A stretch of 45,755 nucleotides of DNA, the filler included, from Catajapyx aquilonaris (Eukaryota): the NCBI GenBank assembly GCA_000934665.2. It is 2 parts of 2 records of this genome, joined end to end, with 100 filler letters (N's around TTAATTAATTAA, not from the genome) between each part and the next. Parts side by side here need not be neighbours in the genome. Positions count along the whole stretch, not along the records: positions 1 to 22,815 come from JYFJ02005803.1; 1 more part is not named here. One strand, written 5' to 3'. This document shows positions 1 through 14,037 of this stretch, piece by piece. The first letter of the stretch is position 1. Each line of letters opens with the position of its first letter. The notes below the pieces were generated by a model. The model had not been told where the DNA came from. It searched no databases and saw only the letters and a list, made by a program, of their open reading frames with translations. Both the position numbers and the translations under genes were made by a program.

Positions 1-3000
1 AGGCACGGGAGTGGTGCACTGTGGGTAGGATGCAAGTTTGGTCAAATAGGGGGTGTTCCAGAAACAGCTCAATACTGTGATGGGTAATACTGTTACAGCA
101 CCTTCAGTCAATGTACTTAGGAGTCCTTGATACAGTAGTAATGTGTACTGTGACGTATTGGTCGGTGTGGGGAGTGCCCCTGAGGTTGTCCTTATCATTT
201 GCAGCGTTTCATCTATTCTAGACTCAGGGGTCAACAGGCTCGGGGTTATGTTTCTTGTCCTGTTGATGGAATGGAAATCTACTATGATCTCAATCATACG
301 ACGTATTGTTTCTGCAGGTTTTATTATCGACCGTTAGTTGTCTCTTTTATCATTTTTCGTCGATGGTCATTGAACCTTTCTTTGGTTCTCTCATCCGCTG
401 TGACCAATCATTATCGTCAATGGTTTATGGTCTCATTTCGAACAACATCGGAAGTGTAATGGATTAAAAATATTTCCCATCTGATTCTTACACATTACAT
501 GACACATTCCGCTCAACTCGAACAAAAATGGCACAGCTCCGTCAGCTATTATGTTTCATTATTTCGCCTCATTTTACTTCTACCGCAGGACACAGTTAAC
601 CTAATTTTTTTCTGCTTATTAAAGATTTCGTGACAGCACATCTAGCACTGGTATTCAACCATTAATACATGTCACTCAAAATGTGATAATCGACCAATAG
701 AAGCGCCCATGATTTATAATGGAAGGAGTATACTATCTACTACCTCCGATCTTCTATTTCTCGATCCTATAATCAGTACAAATCTATTGAGTGATATTCT
801 TTTACGGCCTAATAATGAATATCTTTCAGAAACAGCGCGGCAGCATCACAGGTCGCTGGTAGTCTTTTGCCGCGGAGTTGAAAATAACTAATCAATATTC
901 ATTCACACTATCTTCATCGGGTGGATAATGATATACTTCACACACTTTTCTTTGGAGATGCCTATATTCAAGTGCACTTACATCACATATTTCTCAAAAT
1001 CCAGTCACGGTAAAATCGCATATGATTTTGTAATTGGAGGATTGCGAAACATTGGAAACAATACAGTGATAGTCTCCAGCACTGACAGTTGGGCTGCATG
1101 TACATATTACTTGCTTCATTTGACAGCTCCTAACTTGCCGCTATGTATAGGTTTATACTGTGTTGCGGCACTTCCTCATTTTGTCGTGGGCAACATTTTC
1201 TGATCGTTTTTTAATCGTTTTTGTACTGTTACGGGTTGCAACAAAAGTTAATGTTTCTGCTCAGTTCTACAATCGTACGTAGAAAGATTGCCTTCATTAT
1301 GAGGACAGCTGTCGATTTGGCGTCATGTGACAATCTCCATCTTGGGTACAAACATATACATCTGGTAAAGTACGTGGTGAAAAATATAAAAATGCTGTAC
1401 TTAGAATAGTACATGAAGTAAGAAGGTATGTGTCTCACGTCTGTGCTTGTGATTTTATTATGCTGCCGCAGAGCTTTTTTGGCCATCATTTTCAGGTCAA
1501 TTTCTTTGTGTTTCTACTTCGACATCTCGAGGAATGCGTGAACCTACTGTTGAGTCATGTGAGATTACGGGATGGCCATTCCCTCGGCGTGTTTTTTTGT
1601 ACATTGAATGTATTTGTTCTTATGAATTATGAGCATGTAAAACACGGATTTTGTTTATTGTCAATCCCATATACTGGTATTCCGAAACTACGGAATATTT
1701 CTAGTATAAGCAGCGTCACCAGATATATCTCGAATATTATGGTAAAATCAGTCCAGGAATATGACTTCTAACCTGAATATATCAATGTTATGAAATTTAA
1801 AGCTATAATGATTAAGCCTCATATTGACATTGACGTTCTGGCAGAGTGTAATGTGTTACCTAAAACATCTACAGGGTTAGGTCATGAAGGAGCTACTTTT
1901 CTACCATGGTTGTTGCCCGAGCAAGTTGTTACAGGCGTACAGTGCATTCTTCTTGCAGCAAGTGGGCGAGAGGAAGAGGATGTCGTTCGTACTGCTGATC
2001 TTGGTGGAATTTTGGTCAGTCTAAAATATGGGAAGCTCTGCCAATATGTTCCGTAAGTATCAAGCAGCAATTAGACTTGAAAATGGTTATTTTCATGGCA
2101 ATGTATACAGGACTGGCCCACTATCCGACTTGGATAATGCTTTTCTGTATAGTAGTCATTAAGGTTCAAATTGTCACAGACTGACTTCATTGTGTCGTCG
2201 TCCTTTGTACGTAGTCGCACTTGGTGACCGAGATCGGCACCAGTGGTCAATTGGCAACCGGAGACTGGAGAGCCTGAGTAGTGGCTCTCAAATTGTCGAG
2301 CGATTCTCTCCTGGCATGCTTCGCCGCCTCTGCTGCTCGTAGTCGTACAGGTATTCGTAGCCACAGGGTTGCTGCTCATAGTCACGTTACATTAGTATGA
2401 CCATCTACTGTTGGGATGGAGAAGAGAGATGACAGAGAGTAGGAGAGTTATTTTTTTCCCCAACTGGTACACCTATAACAGTCATTCTACTGGCTGGGTA
2501 CCGCATATATGGTTATTTTGAACTCTCGGCACATCCTTCAATCCATGGTTCATCTCCGTCGTCATCCGCAGCATCTTCCTGATGGCCTCTGCATCAGAGA
2601 GTAGACTTACATTTCATTGCACAGATATCTCAAAAAGCGATAATCATTGATTAACAATAGAATAGCTCGCTATTTGTAATGACAGGAGTTTACAGCAATG
2701 GAAAAGATGCAAGTCGCGTCGCCCTGTGGGATGCATAAAGTCCTCCGGCACCTGGGCTCTCCTTGATTGTACATTTATGACCATGAGAGTTAGCCACTGA
2801 TTTTCCCCTAGTGTTAATAATACAGTACAATCCACTAATCCAATGTACAATGTTAACAATTTACTGTAATTCTCTCCAGGCGCTCTCTCGTTCGGGCTCT
2901 CTACTATTAACTGACCCTGATGTCCCGCCGGTGAAGTCTCCACTTGTGGCAACTATAGAAGTAATAATCGAGCATTTGTGTATTTACAGATGAAAACTGG

Positions 3001-3552
3001 TGGGTATCTAAATATTAGACCTTCACAAAATATGGTTACAACACTTGATTATGGCATTTTCGTCCCATTTTATGCTCATTTCTTATGACTTGCGTGTCAT
3101 TGTACCATGTGAAGGTGGAAAATGTGCAATATTCGGTTCTCTCTCCTCTCTGCCTGGGTGAAATCGTTCAGTTGAGATTGCACTGAATTACATATTACAT
3201 GCCATAGGTATTTCCTACAGTTACGTTATTATTGCTGCAAGGGATTTGGAGGTTTGGAGCACCTTCTTGAGTCTGAGCAACTCTCATCGCGACATTTTCA
3301 TGAGTACGAAATGTGCCCTCATGTCTGGCCACGTTGTCGATGTGTTTTCTCGCAGGTATTTCCTTATCACGTCTTCATAAATGAAATGGGGTACAGGTGC
3401 CATGTTCGTTGTGTCTATGTAAATTGAGGAATAGCTGTACAAAAATAGAAAAATTAGAACACTGGTTAACAAAGTGAAAGCTGGTTATTACAATGGAAGA
3501 GCGTTTCATTGTTCCCCTTATCGTTATCATAATCATTATTATTGGCTTATGT

Positions 3553-3860
3553 CAAGTGTGCGGTACATTCGCGAAATCAATTAGGAAACAGTACCTGCGG
3601 CTTGCGGACCGTTTGATTCGTTGTTTTGCTTGTGGGTTTGAAGTCGGGGAAGTGATCAGGGACCCCGGAATTAATTCCTCAAGCTTGCTCAGAATACAGA
3701 TACTCAGGTCGAAACGTAAGTTTCTAGGTACCTCTTCTACTAGTAAATTAGGTTGTTTACAATTTTAGGCAAAAATTTGGAACCGTCACTAGTATACGCA
3801 CGGATTTGGTGCTCATTCATGCCTGTTTCCTAATTGATTCGGCGAATGCCACACATACTG
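3553..3860. mobile_element. Tc1/mariner-type MITE (~310 bp, imperfect TIRs)
   Basis: Left end GTGTGCGGTACATTCGCGAAATCAATTAGGAAACAG (3556-3591) matches the reverse complement of right end CTGTTTCCTAATTGATTCGGCGAATGCCACACATACTG (3823-3860). The right end is followed by TA; no coding interior. Confidence 0.6.
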
Positions 3861-3908
3861 TAAAGTACATGGCAAAAAATCACAGGATAGGGATCATGTC
3901 TTTAATAT

Positions 3909-4280
3909 AATGTAAGCAATTTATCGGATTCGATAAATATATCTAAGAAATGCGGCACATGCGATTAAACTAGTGATAGTCCAGTTCCATAACTGGTAAG
4001 AGAATGACGAGATTGTTCTTATCTTACATAAAGATTCCTTGCTTACCTGATAATTATCCATTGGGAGATGCTTGACTTCAATAGAGCCGCAGAGGCCAAT
4101 ATGCAAGTACGATGCATCATACATCAGACGCCGTAGCCAGTTCCTCAATCTCTGATATTATAGGCAATAATAATAAAGATTCATGACAATAGTCGAAATG
4201 TAAGCATTTTATCGGATTCGATAAATATATCTGTAAGAAATGAGGCACATGCGATTAAACTAGTGATAGTCCAGTTCCAT
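3909..4280 (+). repeat. Local direct duplication of an ~82-bp unit (3909-3990 and 4197-4280)
   Basis: AATGTAAGCA..TTATCGGATTCGATAAATATATCT..AAGAAATG.GGCACATGCGATTAAACTAGTGATAGTCCAGTTCCAT occurs twice with few differences. Confidence 0.85.
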
Positions 4281-7200
4281 CGATGATCAAAGTGTTGCAC
4301 GGCTGTACCAGGCACATAATGGGTGTTAAAATTCACTCTTTGATTAATGCTAATTATACGTGCCAACAATCGTTACCATGTACTATAACAATACACAATA
4401 TTAACAATGTACAATATTCTGTCATTTCACTGCGCGCGCAGTTCGAACTACAGCTGATGAATTTTTCTTTACATTAGAAGTTAGGGGCGCTAGAAGTACG
4501 AGGTTCTACTGTACTATGTTTCATTACATTATATTCACAACACAAATCATGCGTAACATATTGGTCCCAGGTGGTCTTACAGTGTAACATGTGGGTTGTA
4601 GTACAAATACTTGACAATATTTTCATAATGTAACTGTCCTTGATAGGTATGTTCAAGTATAGCTGGAATGCTTTTTCTGTTTTCTCTCATCCGCCCTGAC
4701 CTTGTCCCTAATGTGTGTCGATCTCTAATGGTCTAAAGGATCGGTAACATTTATCTATCCCAACCTATTTAGAAATCTGCTGAGTGAAAATTTCCTGCAC
4801 TGACAGTTGGGCTGTGAGAATGCGATTGACCTGCTTAAGTAGACTGCAGGTCTTCGCTTCCCGGTGTGGAATTTCATGTTCAGATGGCTCTTTTTGTCGT
4901 ACCGAACATTTCCTATTCTCCTTGGTATTTATCCTGTGATACTTTAAAGGTTTAATTGTTAGCCCTTAACATTGGAGGGTGGTTTCGTGTTAACTGTGGC
5001 TCATGTCATGATGGATCACTCTGGCAGTAAGTTCTATGTGCTCTTATAAATACTACGCAACTAACCATACAAGTTTAGTTTCCTTTGCATTTAACTTATA
5101 CCTCATAAATGGACTGGGGGTTGGGGAGCTTTGTGTATAAAATTATTTGACCTGCACAAAATATTCTCAAGAAACTTTTCATTACATTTTCGATCTTCCA
5201 TGGCAGAAGATTAGGGTCCCATTTATACTCATTGTTCGCTCTCCTTTTCCTGAAGACATGTATAATTTGTGAGAGTTATCCTCCTCATCTAGCCCACTGT
5301 CTCTCTCATTTCCTTGCTTCTACACTGTGGGGGATTATTTTCTCTGGTTTCCTCTTGGCTATAGGCGAATTACGTTGCTGATGTCCATCGCACTTGCGGC
5401 CTCATCTTCCATCATCCTTTCCGTTGACAAGCGTAGGCTCCTTCAGTGTTATGCTTTTATAAGTTGGATTTTCAACAATGGAAAAGATGCAAATCGTGTC
5501 TCCCTTTTGTAATACGAGATCATTGTCAGGTGCAGAGTCGCAGGAGGTGTAAGGGTGTAAATATCTTACACTGTTTCAGGTTCTGACCACAGATTTTTAT
5601 TTCTGTCTCAATCCACATAGTCACTCTTTATGACAAATGCTGGGTATGCAGGTACAGTGGAATAGCTTGGGAGCAGGTAAGTCGGACTGAAAAGTCAATT
5701 GATGTATTATTATAAGCAGGCCTGCTTGGTGCTGTAGGACACTGGTACTCTTTCGGCGGCGCAGTATAGGGTTGTTCGAAGCAGGAGCAGGATGTCTTCA
5801 CTGGGGTCAGTAGGATAGGAAGGCTTGGTTCTTACAATATGACCCTTCACCTGTCTCATGTGCACGGATGCTGCACAATGACTGAGTGGAAATGCGGCGT
5901 GTTGTAAGAATACTTTCAACGCGATGAACTGGTTTTTGATTGTCGCACAGCGCTAGATTCTCTCATTATTGTTGCTATAATTGTTGCTTTCAACCCGGAC
6001 CGGAATGATCCTGATTCCTGGTGTCTTTACGCTTAATTGTTTTTCTACGTTTCACTGTACATACTCTTGGTGTGGACAAGCCAGTTGACTGTTACACTCA
6101 ACAATGATGGAAACGCAAACTTAGACAGCGCCATGTCTTCATGAGAAATGTGATACATGCGAATGCTTAAAGCAGGAAACCATTAATTTGTAAACAAAAT
6201 CTTGAAAAAAACTGGAGAATGTCCGGCCTAGTAGTAAAAGTAATTTTCTTTCACTTATCATGCACAGAACCTGATTTCCTATTCTTGATTTGTGTGGAAT
6301 TGCCTGGGTGTAAAATTCTTCTTTCGGATTTGTGTTTATTTCGTAATTTATTGAGAAGACATTTTCACTCTTGATTTAGAGACAAGATTGGCACTTTATG
6401 GTCTTTGTGTTTCTACTTTGACATATGAGAGGTTTGTATGTAGTATGAAAGGGGCCTGGACAAAGGCGACTTCGAATGGTGAAGCATGTTACATCAGGTC
6501 ACAATACTGCATGTCCCTATCTGGCAAGCACATATAGTAATAGTGTGTCCAGATTCATATGACACTTAGTGCGTCTTGTGTCCGACGTCTCGGTAGTTAT
6601 CACTGGATCCTGAATGTGTTGTTTTGTAAGGATACATGCCAAGTTGCTGGTCTTCTTCAGTGTGTTACAATGAGTTAACGAGCTGAAGGATGGGCGTTGC
6701 TCGTGGTTGATCTGGGCTGCGATGTACAGGTCTGCGATATGTTGTCGGACTGGCTGCTATCAGCTGGACCGGAGTTAGTCGTACTCGTAACGAACTTGTC
6801 GTAATAGTTTCTCTTTGGATTGTCTCCCAATGTTTACACATTGATGCCATGTTGGTGTGCCTAGTCTAAATTGTAGTGGATTTTAAAGAATTCTACAGGA
6901 TGGCTAGAACATTTGATATGCCGTATGTGATGACCACAGGTGACGGAGAGCTGAGAGTGCATCATGTCTCTGTCCTTTTCAATAAATGTAATGATAACTT
7001 TTAATTATTGCTCCTCACGAATTTTTCACGTCTCTCGGTGCTTTTTGCAGCAAGTTCTATTAGCATGGCCAACATCATGTTTCGACGTGCGGCTGCTTCT
7101 GAGCCATGTTTCCATATATGTCATTTTCAATGTTAACTTGTAACAGCAGGACAGTCGCCTGCTACACTCACTGCAGACTGTGAATTTTTGAATCGCAATG

Positions 7201-9324
7201 AACCCTCGGCACATACGGTGTCATAAGCACTCATTCAATAACTGGTTCGTCTCCATCGTCATCCGCAGCACCTTCCTGCTGCCGTCTCCATAAGAGAGTA
7301 GTCATGCATTTCATTGGACAAAATATCTCTCAAAAAGCGATAATAATCTTTACAGATAATGAGAAATTAAGGGCTCCATAGGTTTCATTACTTCTGCATT
7401 TGTATGAGTTTTTATTTTGGCGACGGGAATGTCTGAAATTTTCTTGAATAGTTTAATAAATATGCAGCCTATGACGTTCGGTGTGTTCGGAGGATGGAGT
7501 GATAATGACCTTTTTCAAGATCCCCTACGGGTAAATTCAAATGATGTACACCGCTGTGTTCAGCCTGATGTTAGCCTTGATTATCCTGAAGCGCGAGGTA
7601 AAGGGTATAACATGTAACTACATAATCAGAATTACGTCTAATTATACCAACGAAAATGCTAATATAAAATGGTGTCGCATTGTAGTTGCGTTGACCTAGC
7701 ATGACAGTGTGCTCTGTAACAAGTTAAGGATTATTTAAACAAGGTCAAGAGTATAAATCAATATACAGATACCGAAATTTCCAATGTCAGATCAATGCGG
7801 AATTCTATAAAATTGAATTTTTCAAGCAAATATTAATTGATACTCTCAAATAGTACGGAAGTGTGTCTGTGTCTGGGTGGATTCATCAAATGTCGTCAAT
7901 CAAATTTTCGTCGAGTCTAAACAGAAGTAATTATTCATTGGCACAATTACAGTATACTTGTCTTCGTACTTTCTTTCCTTTGCCTCTTAAGACTTTCACG
8001 TACTTGTACATTTATCGTATGATTTTAGTACCGGCACTCTTGTAGCGATAAGCTGACAAGTGTATAACCCTCTTGTCGTTCACTTTCTTTCTTTCACGAC
8101 CAATTCTCGATCCAGGGAACATTCTCAGTCGCAACATTGTTGTGAGTGGGGCCAAAAGATCTTATTTTCCATACATTTCATCGAATAACGAATTGGCAAG
8201 GTTAGTGCCAGACCTTGTTTATGTCTTAAATATTTGGCCTTCACTAAATGTGCTTAGGACTCGTTTCATGGCAAATTCCGTCCATCCAGATTAGAAGTTT
8301 TGGGGTCCTATTTCCCGCCCGTTACATGCGAGTTTTGCGGGAAACTTAACCCCGCGCCACGCGAGTGATTGAGTGACTCATCCAGGTAGTGGACATCGAT
8401 TTATACTGAGTTTTTGTATGACTTGTTTCCGGTGTTTTACCTTTGGCTAGGCACTTATTGTCTGTGATGATAATGTCACTGTACCACTTCATAATAATTA
8501 TGAGATTTTTGTGGCGCTTTTCTTGATTTTTGTCTTGTGTCCTACAGAAAATTCATGATATTAAAAATCGACAGCGATCTTTGAAAGTGCCAAAACATTG
8601 GTGATGGTTTTCATCTGCTTCTTGTAGTGCAGCTATTTTTGGTGTCAAGGTGTCATAATTTCAAATATGCTCTCATTGCGGTTCACACTTTCATTCTCCT
8701 GATATGCATAATAAGTTTTTTTGGCGTCCCTACTGGTTGTCACAACGGTTCATGTGAGTGCATGGACGGCGCCAAGGGAGCGTGTATATATGCCGGTTCT
8801 TGTAAGAATTTCTTCAACACGATGAGGTGGTTTTTGATTGTCACATACACAGCCTTCAGATGTTGTCTGATTGGTCCTCTTGTCTGCATAAGTTGTAACC
8901 TATCGCGGCAGACATTGAAAAAGGGGTCCAGTAATGGCTGATTAGCAGGTGTGCTATCTTTTCGACTGTAAGTCCACTAGTAATCATGCCTTTGAAGTAA
9001 GGGAGAAGATGGAAGTTGATCTGATCTTGCGTGAGATTATTAATCCTACCAAGGTTAGCACTAAACATGAATGATACACCCGTCATAAAAGGTGCTGACA
9101 GGAGTTATGTAATTGAGCAGGTCCCAATCCCAAACGAACAAAACATTTTGTGGCCTGTAAGATGTTTGAGATTCCAGGATGGCATGGAAGGTGGTGATGT
9201 GGTCATCTGACAGGCACGCGTTGGAGGTGACCTCAGTCACAGGGATGATGCCGACAAAGAGCGTCTCACTGCCATTTTAGAAATGAAGGGGTCTTTTGGA
9301 CAGCCCCAACTGTGCTAATGTTAA

Positions 9325-9482
9325 GACATAGTCGCCGTATACTTTGGTGCACTTGACCCACTGGAAAAGTTGTTTTTCCGTGCCACTGCGGGGCTGTGAA
9401 GCCAGCGGCAGACTGCCTGTTTTGCTGCCTTGTTGCTGAAGTGTTGACCGGCCAGGTGCTTCTTCATTTCAAGGAGAGGGTA
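9325..9482 (-). pseudogene. Mariner transposase C-terminal relic
   Basis: Minus strand reads LEMKKHLAGQHFSNKAAKQAVCRWL, then after a frameshift/deletion SGTEKQLFQWVKCTKVYGDYV. This matches the mariner C-terminal pattern LKxxLxGxxF...VxxWL...GIxxLxxRWxKCxxxxGDYVE. Confidence 0.75.
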
Positions 9483-12400
9483 AGCACATGTTTAAAATCA
9501 TTGCAATAATACAAAGAAATAGCCTCAACTGTGTAAATTATTATATGAACAGTTATATATGAACCAGTTGTTTTAAAGTACATATTATAGGCGCAGGTTG
9601 TTGTGCATCACAACCACTAGATGCACATAATCACAAATACGAAGAAGTACGCCTGATCATACGTATTATACTCATATTATACTATGTTGCATTGCATTAC
9701 AGTCACAACACAAATCGTGCATATGATGGTCTCAGGTGGTCTTCAATGGTTGTTTCTATCCTCCAGCTAAAGCGTCATTGATATAATCACAAGCTTTGTT
9801 ATTACGTTACAATGGTCACTTCAGGTGAGTCATTTCCTCTTACTGTTAGTGCACATACTTTACAATATTTACAGCCTATTACAACTGGTTATTTATGTTC
9901 ATGTACAAGTTATCCCTGTATCTTAACACTGAAATGGTTACTGAGATATAACGTTTAACAAAAGATTAACGGCTACTTTTCTAGACGTTACGTATGTTTA
10001 AATCGGTGGCAGGCAGTTCCTGCTGACGTCTGCATCAGCTCCACAGATGGTCATCATGGCACCTTCAACCATTGTATGGATTCTATTAGGGTTATGGCTG
10101 TTCCACTGTCTGTGTGGACTGTCCCACCTTTTCTTTTGCAGCGTTTCATACATTTGAGTGTCAGGGTCAGCAGGTTCGAGGTTATGTTTCCACAAATAAA
10201 CAAAGTACACTAATTGTCTTTTTGCTGAGTTGGAAATCTAATCCGTATATCAGCATTTCCCTTGATTTTTGGAAAATCATGTAGCATTATTTGATAATGC
10301 AGAATTCGTGTATGAAATGTATTGACTAGAATGATTGAAATCAATCGTATGAAATAAATAGGTCCTGTCACTGAAATTGGTGAGATATAATTACAATATA
10401 ATAATAATTTTGGTGATCATGACAGTGTCAATAGCTATTTGCAAATATATCTCGTGAGGTGAACAGTGCTCCAGCGGCTTGCATAATCGACGCGTTCAAG
10501 TAATCTATTTATGGTAGGCTGATTTCATATTTCTGTGTAGTTCTTCTACAGTACGCTCATTTTTATTGCTGACAATATTACTTTGGCAGTTGGTATGGTG
10601 GTGTGGTATTAGCAGTGAGCAAGCCCTACCAACAAACGCTTACATAGTATAATCAACTGCGAAAGCTGCTGTAGTGTATGAAGGATTGTTTCTGCTAGGA
10701 TTTATTGAACAACGGGCTAATGAGTTTGACTCTTGACCATGTATGGCTGGTGCTATCTCTGAGTCCCTCCAACCGACCCTCTCCTAGATCACTTCCTACT
10801 TGCATGAATCGGCGTATGTGTAGGTGCCAGAGTGTCACGATTCACAGTTGATAGGACATGTGGAGATGAGATGTAATCACATTGGAAAAGTGTCGTCTCA
10901 GTAAGGGCCATCAAAAGAGAGAAAAACTATGAGAGATGATCTTTGTCTGAATTGTATCCAAAGCTAGTCCTTATTTAGACACAAAAGGTTTTGCCGAGGT
11001 TTATAAGTTTCTATTTGACAAATGCCCCGCAAGGATGTTCAAAAGAATCGCTTTGCAGTTATATTGAAAAGTGTACATTCCGCACCCTTGGTCCTTTTTC
11101 GTCTTTCTTCTCGGCATGAAAAGGGTTATGCTACTTTTTTTTTGTTTTGTAATAATAATCTTTACCTAAAATAGTGCAGGATAATAATTTTTATTAACAC
11201 AAAGCCCACCAACTTACAAGCAGAAGTGGAAGGAAAGGCAAGAAAGCAACACTTGTAATATTTTCTGTACTGGACACGCACGTGCCCAGCACTCGTGTCG
11301 TGAGCTGCAATTTCATGTTTCCATCCATGGTGATTGGGTATCTCTCCATAAGTTATCAGCCGGCGTCCAGTCCGTGCACTATTTTTCATCATTTCTTGGT
11401 TGGAAGGCCGACTCCCACGATGGTATCTCAACATCTTTGTTGTTTGATGGCGTCTGCTGCTGTCGCAGTCAACTGGAAATATGCTGACCTCAAAGAAACA
11501 CCCAGCTACTTAAAGGCAGCACAGTCTACTTCTGGTTGCTCTGATTTTGTTGAGTATTACGTAATCATTATTGTCATTGGTTTCGATTGTAATTTGACCC
11601 GTGGGAGCAGAGTGAATGATGTGATGGATGATCATGGACGAGTGTGATTTAATTGACTGGGAAACTGTGTCTGTCATATGTCGTTATCATAGATCGATCT
11701 TGAGTTTGGAGTGCTGAATCGGGACCAATACTTAATCTATCCCAACCTATGTAGGAATCTGCTCAGTGAAAGTCCCCTGCACTGACAATTGGGCTGTTCC
11801 AGTGCGAATGACACATTGAACTGAACGATTTGACAGGTCTTCACTTCCTTGTGTGTAAAACTATGTTCAGATGGATCTCTTGGGTATTTTGTCGTAGCCA
11901 ACATTTCCTCATCGCCCCCTTGGAACTTGTCATGTGACATTTTAATGGTTTGGACTCTGCATCAAAAGCTGGCGGTAACAGGTTTGTTCCCTAATTGTTA
12001 ACCCTGAACAATGGAGAGTGTTTCCGCGTTTACTACGGCTCATGTCATGATATAATATCCGGATGTATCTCTCTAGTAGTAGGTCTCCATATGCTCTAAT
12101 AACACCCTTTCAAATTTCCCCACCCTTCCCACAAGTTTCTTTGGGAATTATTTACCTCACAAATGAGCTCTGCCAATATATTGTTACGTAAATATACCAA
12201 TCAGCACTTGGATTTGAAAATGTTTTATTTTTATGTTTAGCATAACTAACATAAGCGCACAGAATGCTGGTTACAGGCATGCTATCGTTCAGGTTTTGGT
12301 CACATAGGTATTAAAGGTTTTGGTATGTGTTATTTGGAGTCGTGAAGGTGCCTGCGATTTAATGATTCTGTCCCAAAGTGAGTGATACGCATACAGTAAC

Positions 12401-13149
12401 ACATTACTTGCCCAGATAACTATAAGCTACAAAAACTTTTTCTTCTTCTGCAATTTGCTGTGCGCCACAGGTGTGAATGACTTTGTTATTACGAAGCTGT
12501 CCGACTATGATATATGAACATGTCCCCCATCTCGATCTACAATTTATTGCTTTTGTAGTAATCTGTAATTCTTATCCGTGCACAGATTAGGAGCCTACTG
12601 TCCAAAGCTATTGGTTTTTATTAAGAGTATAGGCTGCATGCGAAATAATAATGTCACAAATGGACTTTTTATTTGTTCTGAACTTTTAAGCTATAATATG
12701 AACGCGCATAGTAACTTTTTAGTATTGTAATCACCCCTCTGTGGTTTAAAGTGATTGTATGATTCTTCCCTCCTGATATAAGAGGATGTTAGCATGTCCA
12801 TACAATGCGAGTTACCTCACAAATGGACATATTATATGCCAATATATTGTTACGTAAATACCAATCAGCACTTGGACTTGAAAAGTGGCTATATTTGCCT
12901 GATATGTACCAGACTGGCACACGCTCCTACTGGGATAATGTATTTCTCTATATACTAGTAATTAACTTGAAATTGTCACTGGCTGACTTCTTAATTTCAT
13001 CTTTTTCACAGTTGGTTTTATGGCCAAGATCGGCCCTCTCTATGGCTGCAGGCAGTTCAACCTTTCCATATCCACATAATGAGTTACTAATAAATGACTA
13101 AAAGTGAAATGGGGCATTGTGTTTATTGTCGGCCTCACCCACTGGTAGC

Positions 13150-13831
13150 CAGGCAGGTCCCACTGCCACGTCACCTCACCAGCAGAGGAAAAGATATATT
13201 TGGCAAATGTATTGCGTACACCTCTTGCTGCTGCGGTCAAGTTTCTTGCATGACTTGGCATCATGCTTAGGAAGGTGGTGGTGCCTGAGTCTGGAGCTTC
13301 CGCGCTCTGCCATTGTCCTTGTACCAAGCTGGACCGACCGAGTCTGCAAAACCACTTGTGCAGTAGTATTTTGTCCTTTGAGGAGCACTTTCCTCCGTCA
13401 TTAGTAGTTGTGCAAGTCTACGTATGCCCCTATGACTAAGTCCGCATTCTACCTTCATGCTAGTCCTGGGCAACACAGCCATTTCAAGGAGTTCCAGACT
13501 ACCTTCTTCCAACTGCTGCCTCCGTCTGAGCGGCACCCATATAGTTGCTTATGTCCACCGACAAAAACCTGTAATCAGCATCGACTGCAGCCTTGATCAC
13601 AATGGAGTCTTGTTTTCTGCAATAAAATAATGCCTACATTGAGCACATGAATCACAAATAAAAATTAACACTAGTAACACCACTAACTTTGGCTTTCCGG
13701 TACAGGGATCCACTGATCCGGGGTTGTTCCAGGACCACATGCTTGCCATCTACAGCCCCGCAGCACATGGGAAATTTCCATCGGTCGCAAAATGCTGCAG
13801 CAGCAACGGCCCAGTCTTCTTTTGATGGCTT
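13150..13831 (-). pseudogene. PIF/Harbinger (HARBI1-like DDE) transposase relic with an apparent intron
   Basis: Minus strand: EDWAVAAAAFCDRWKFPMCCGAVDGKHVVLEQPRISGSLY (13831-13688); GT..AG intron 13687-13617; then DSIVIKAAVDADYRFLSVDI..GCRSDGG, NADLVIGAYVDLHNY and ARGVRNTFAKYIFSSAGEVTWQ. Contains frameshifts, stops and an internal deletion. Confidence 0.85.
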
Positions 13832-13892
13832 CTATGCAATGCAAATGATTCACCACATTATTGCCATTAGTGGGAGAGTATAAATAAGCAAT

Positions 13893-14037
13893 TGAAGCGG
13901 CCGTTACCGGTCGCTGATGGTTTATCTCGAGTGACACACAGAGTTCTCAAGAAAACGTCTGTTCTTTTTTAATCTGTAACCAACTCTGTTTATTCAAACA
14001 AACTCCAACAATGAGGTTGTCGGTAGCGACGGCTACA
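13893..14037 (-). repeat. 3' LTR (145 bp)
   Basis: TGAAGCGG...GGCTACA on +. The adjacent CTCCTTCCCCCTT (14038-14050) is a polypurine tract on the minus strand. Confidence 0.93.

Noticed and set aside
143..12900. Many 60-120 aa ORFs in the ORF track
   Set aside because: No recognisable domains or splice structure; chance ORFs or parts of decayed repeats, so not called as genes.
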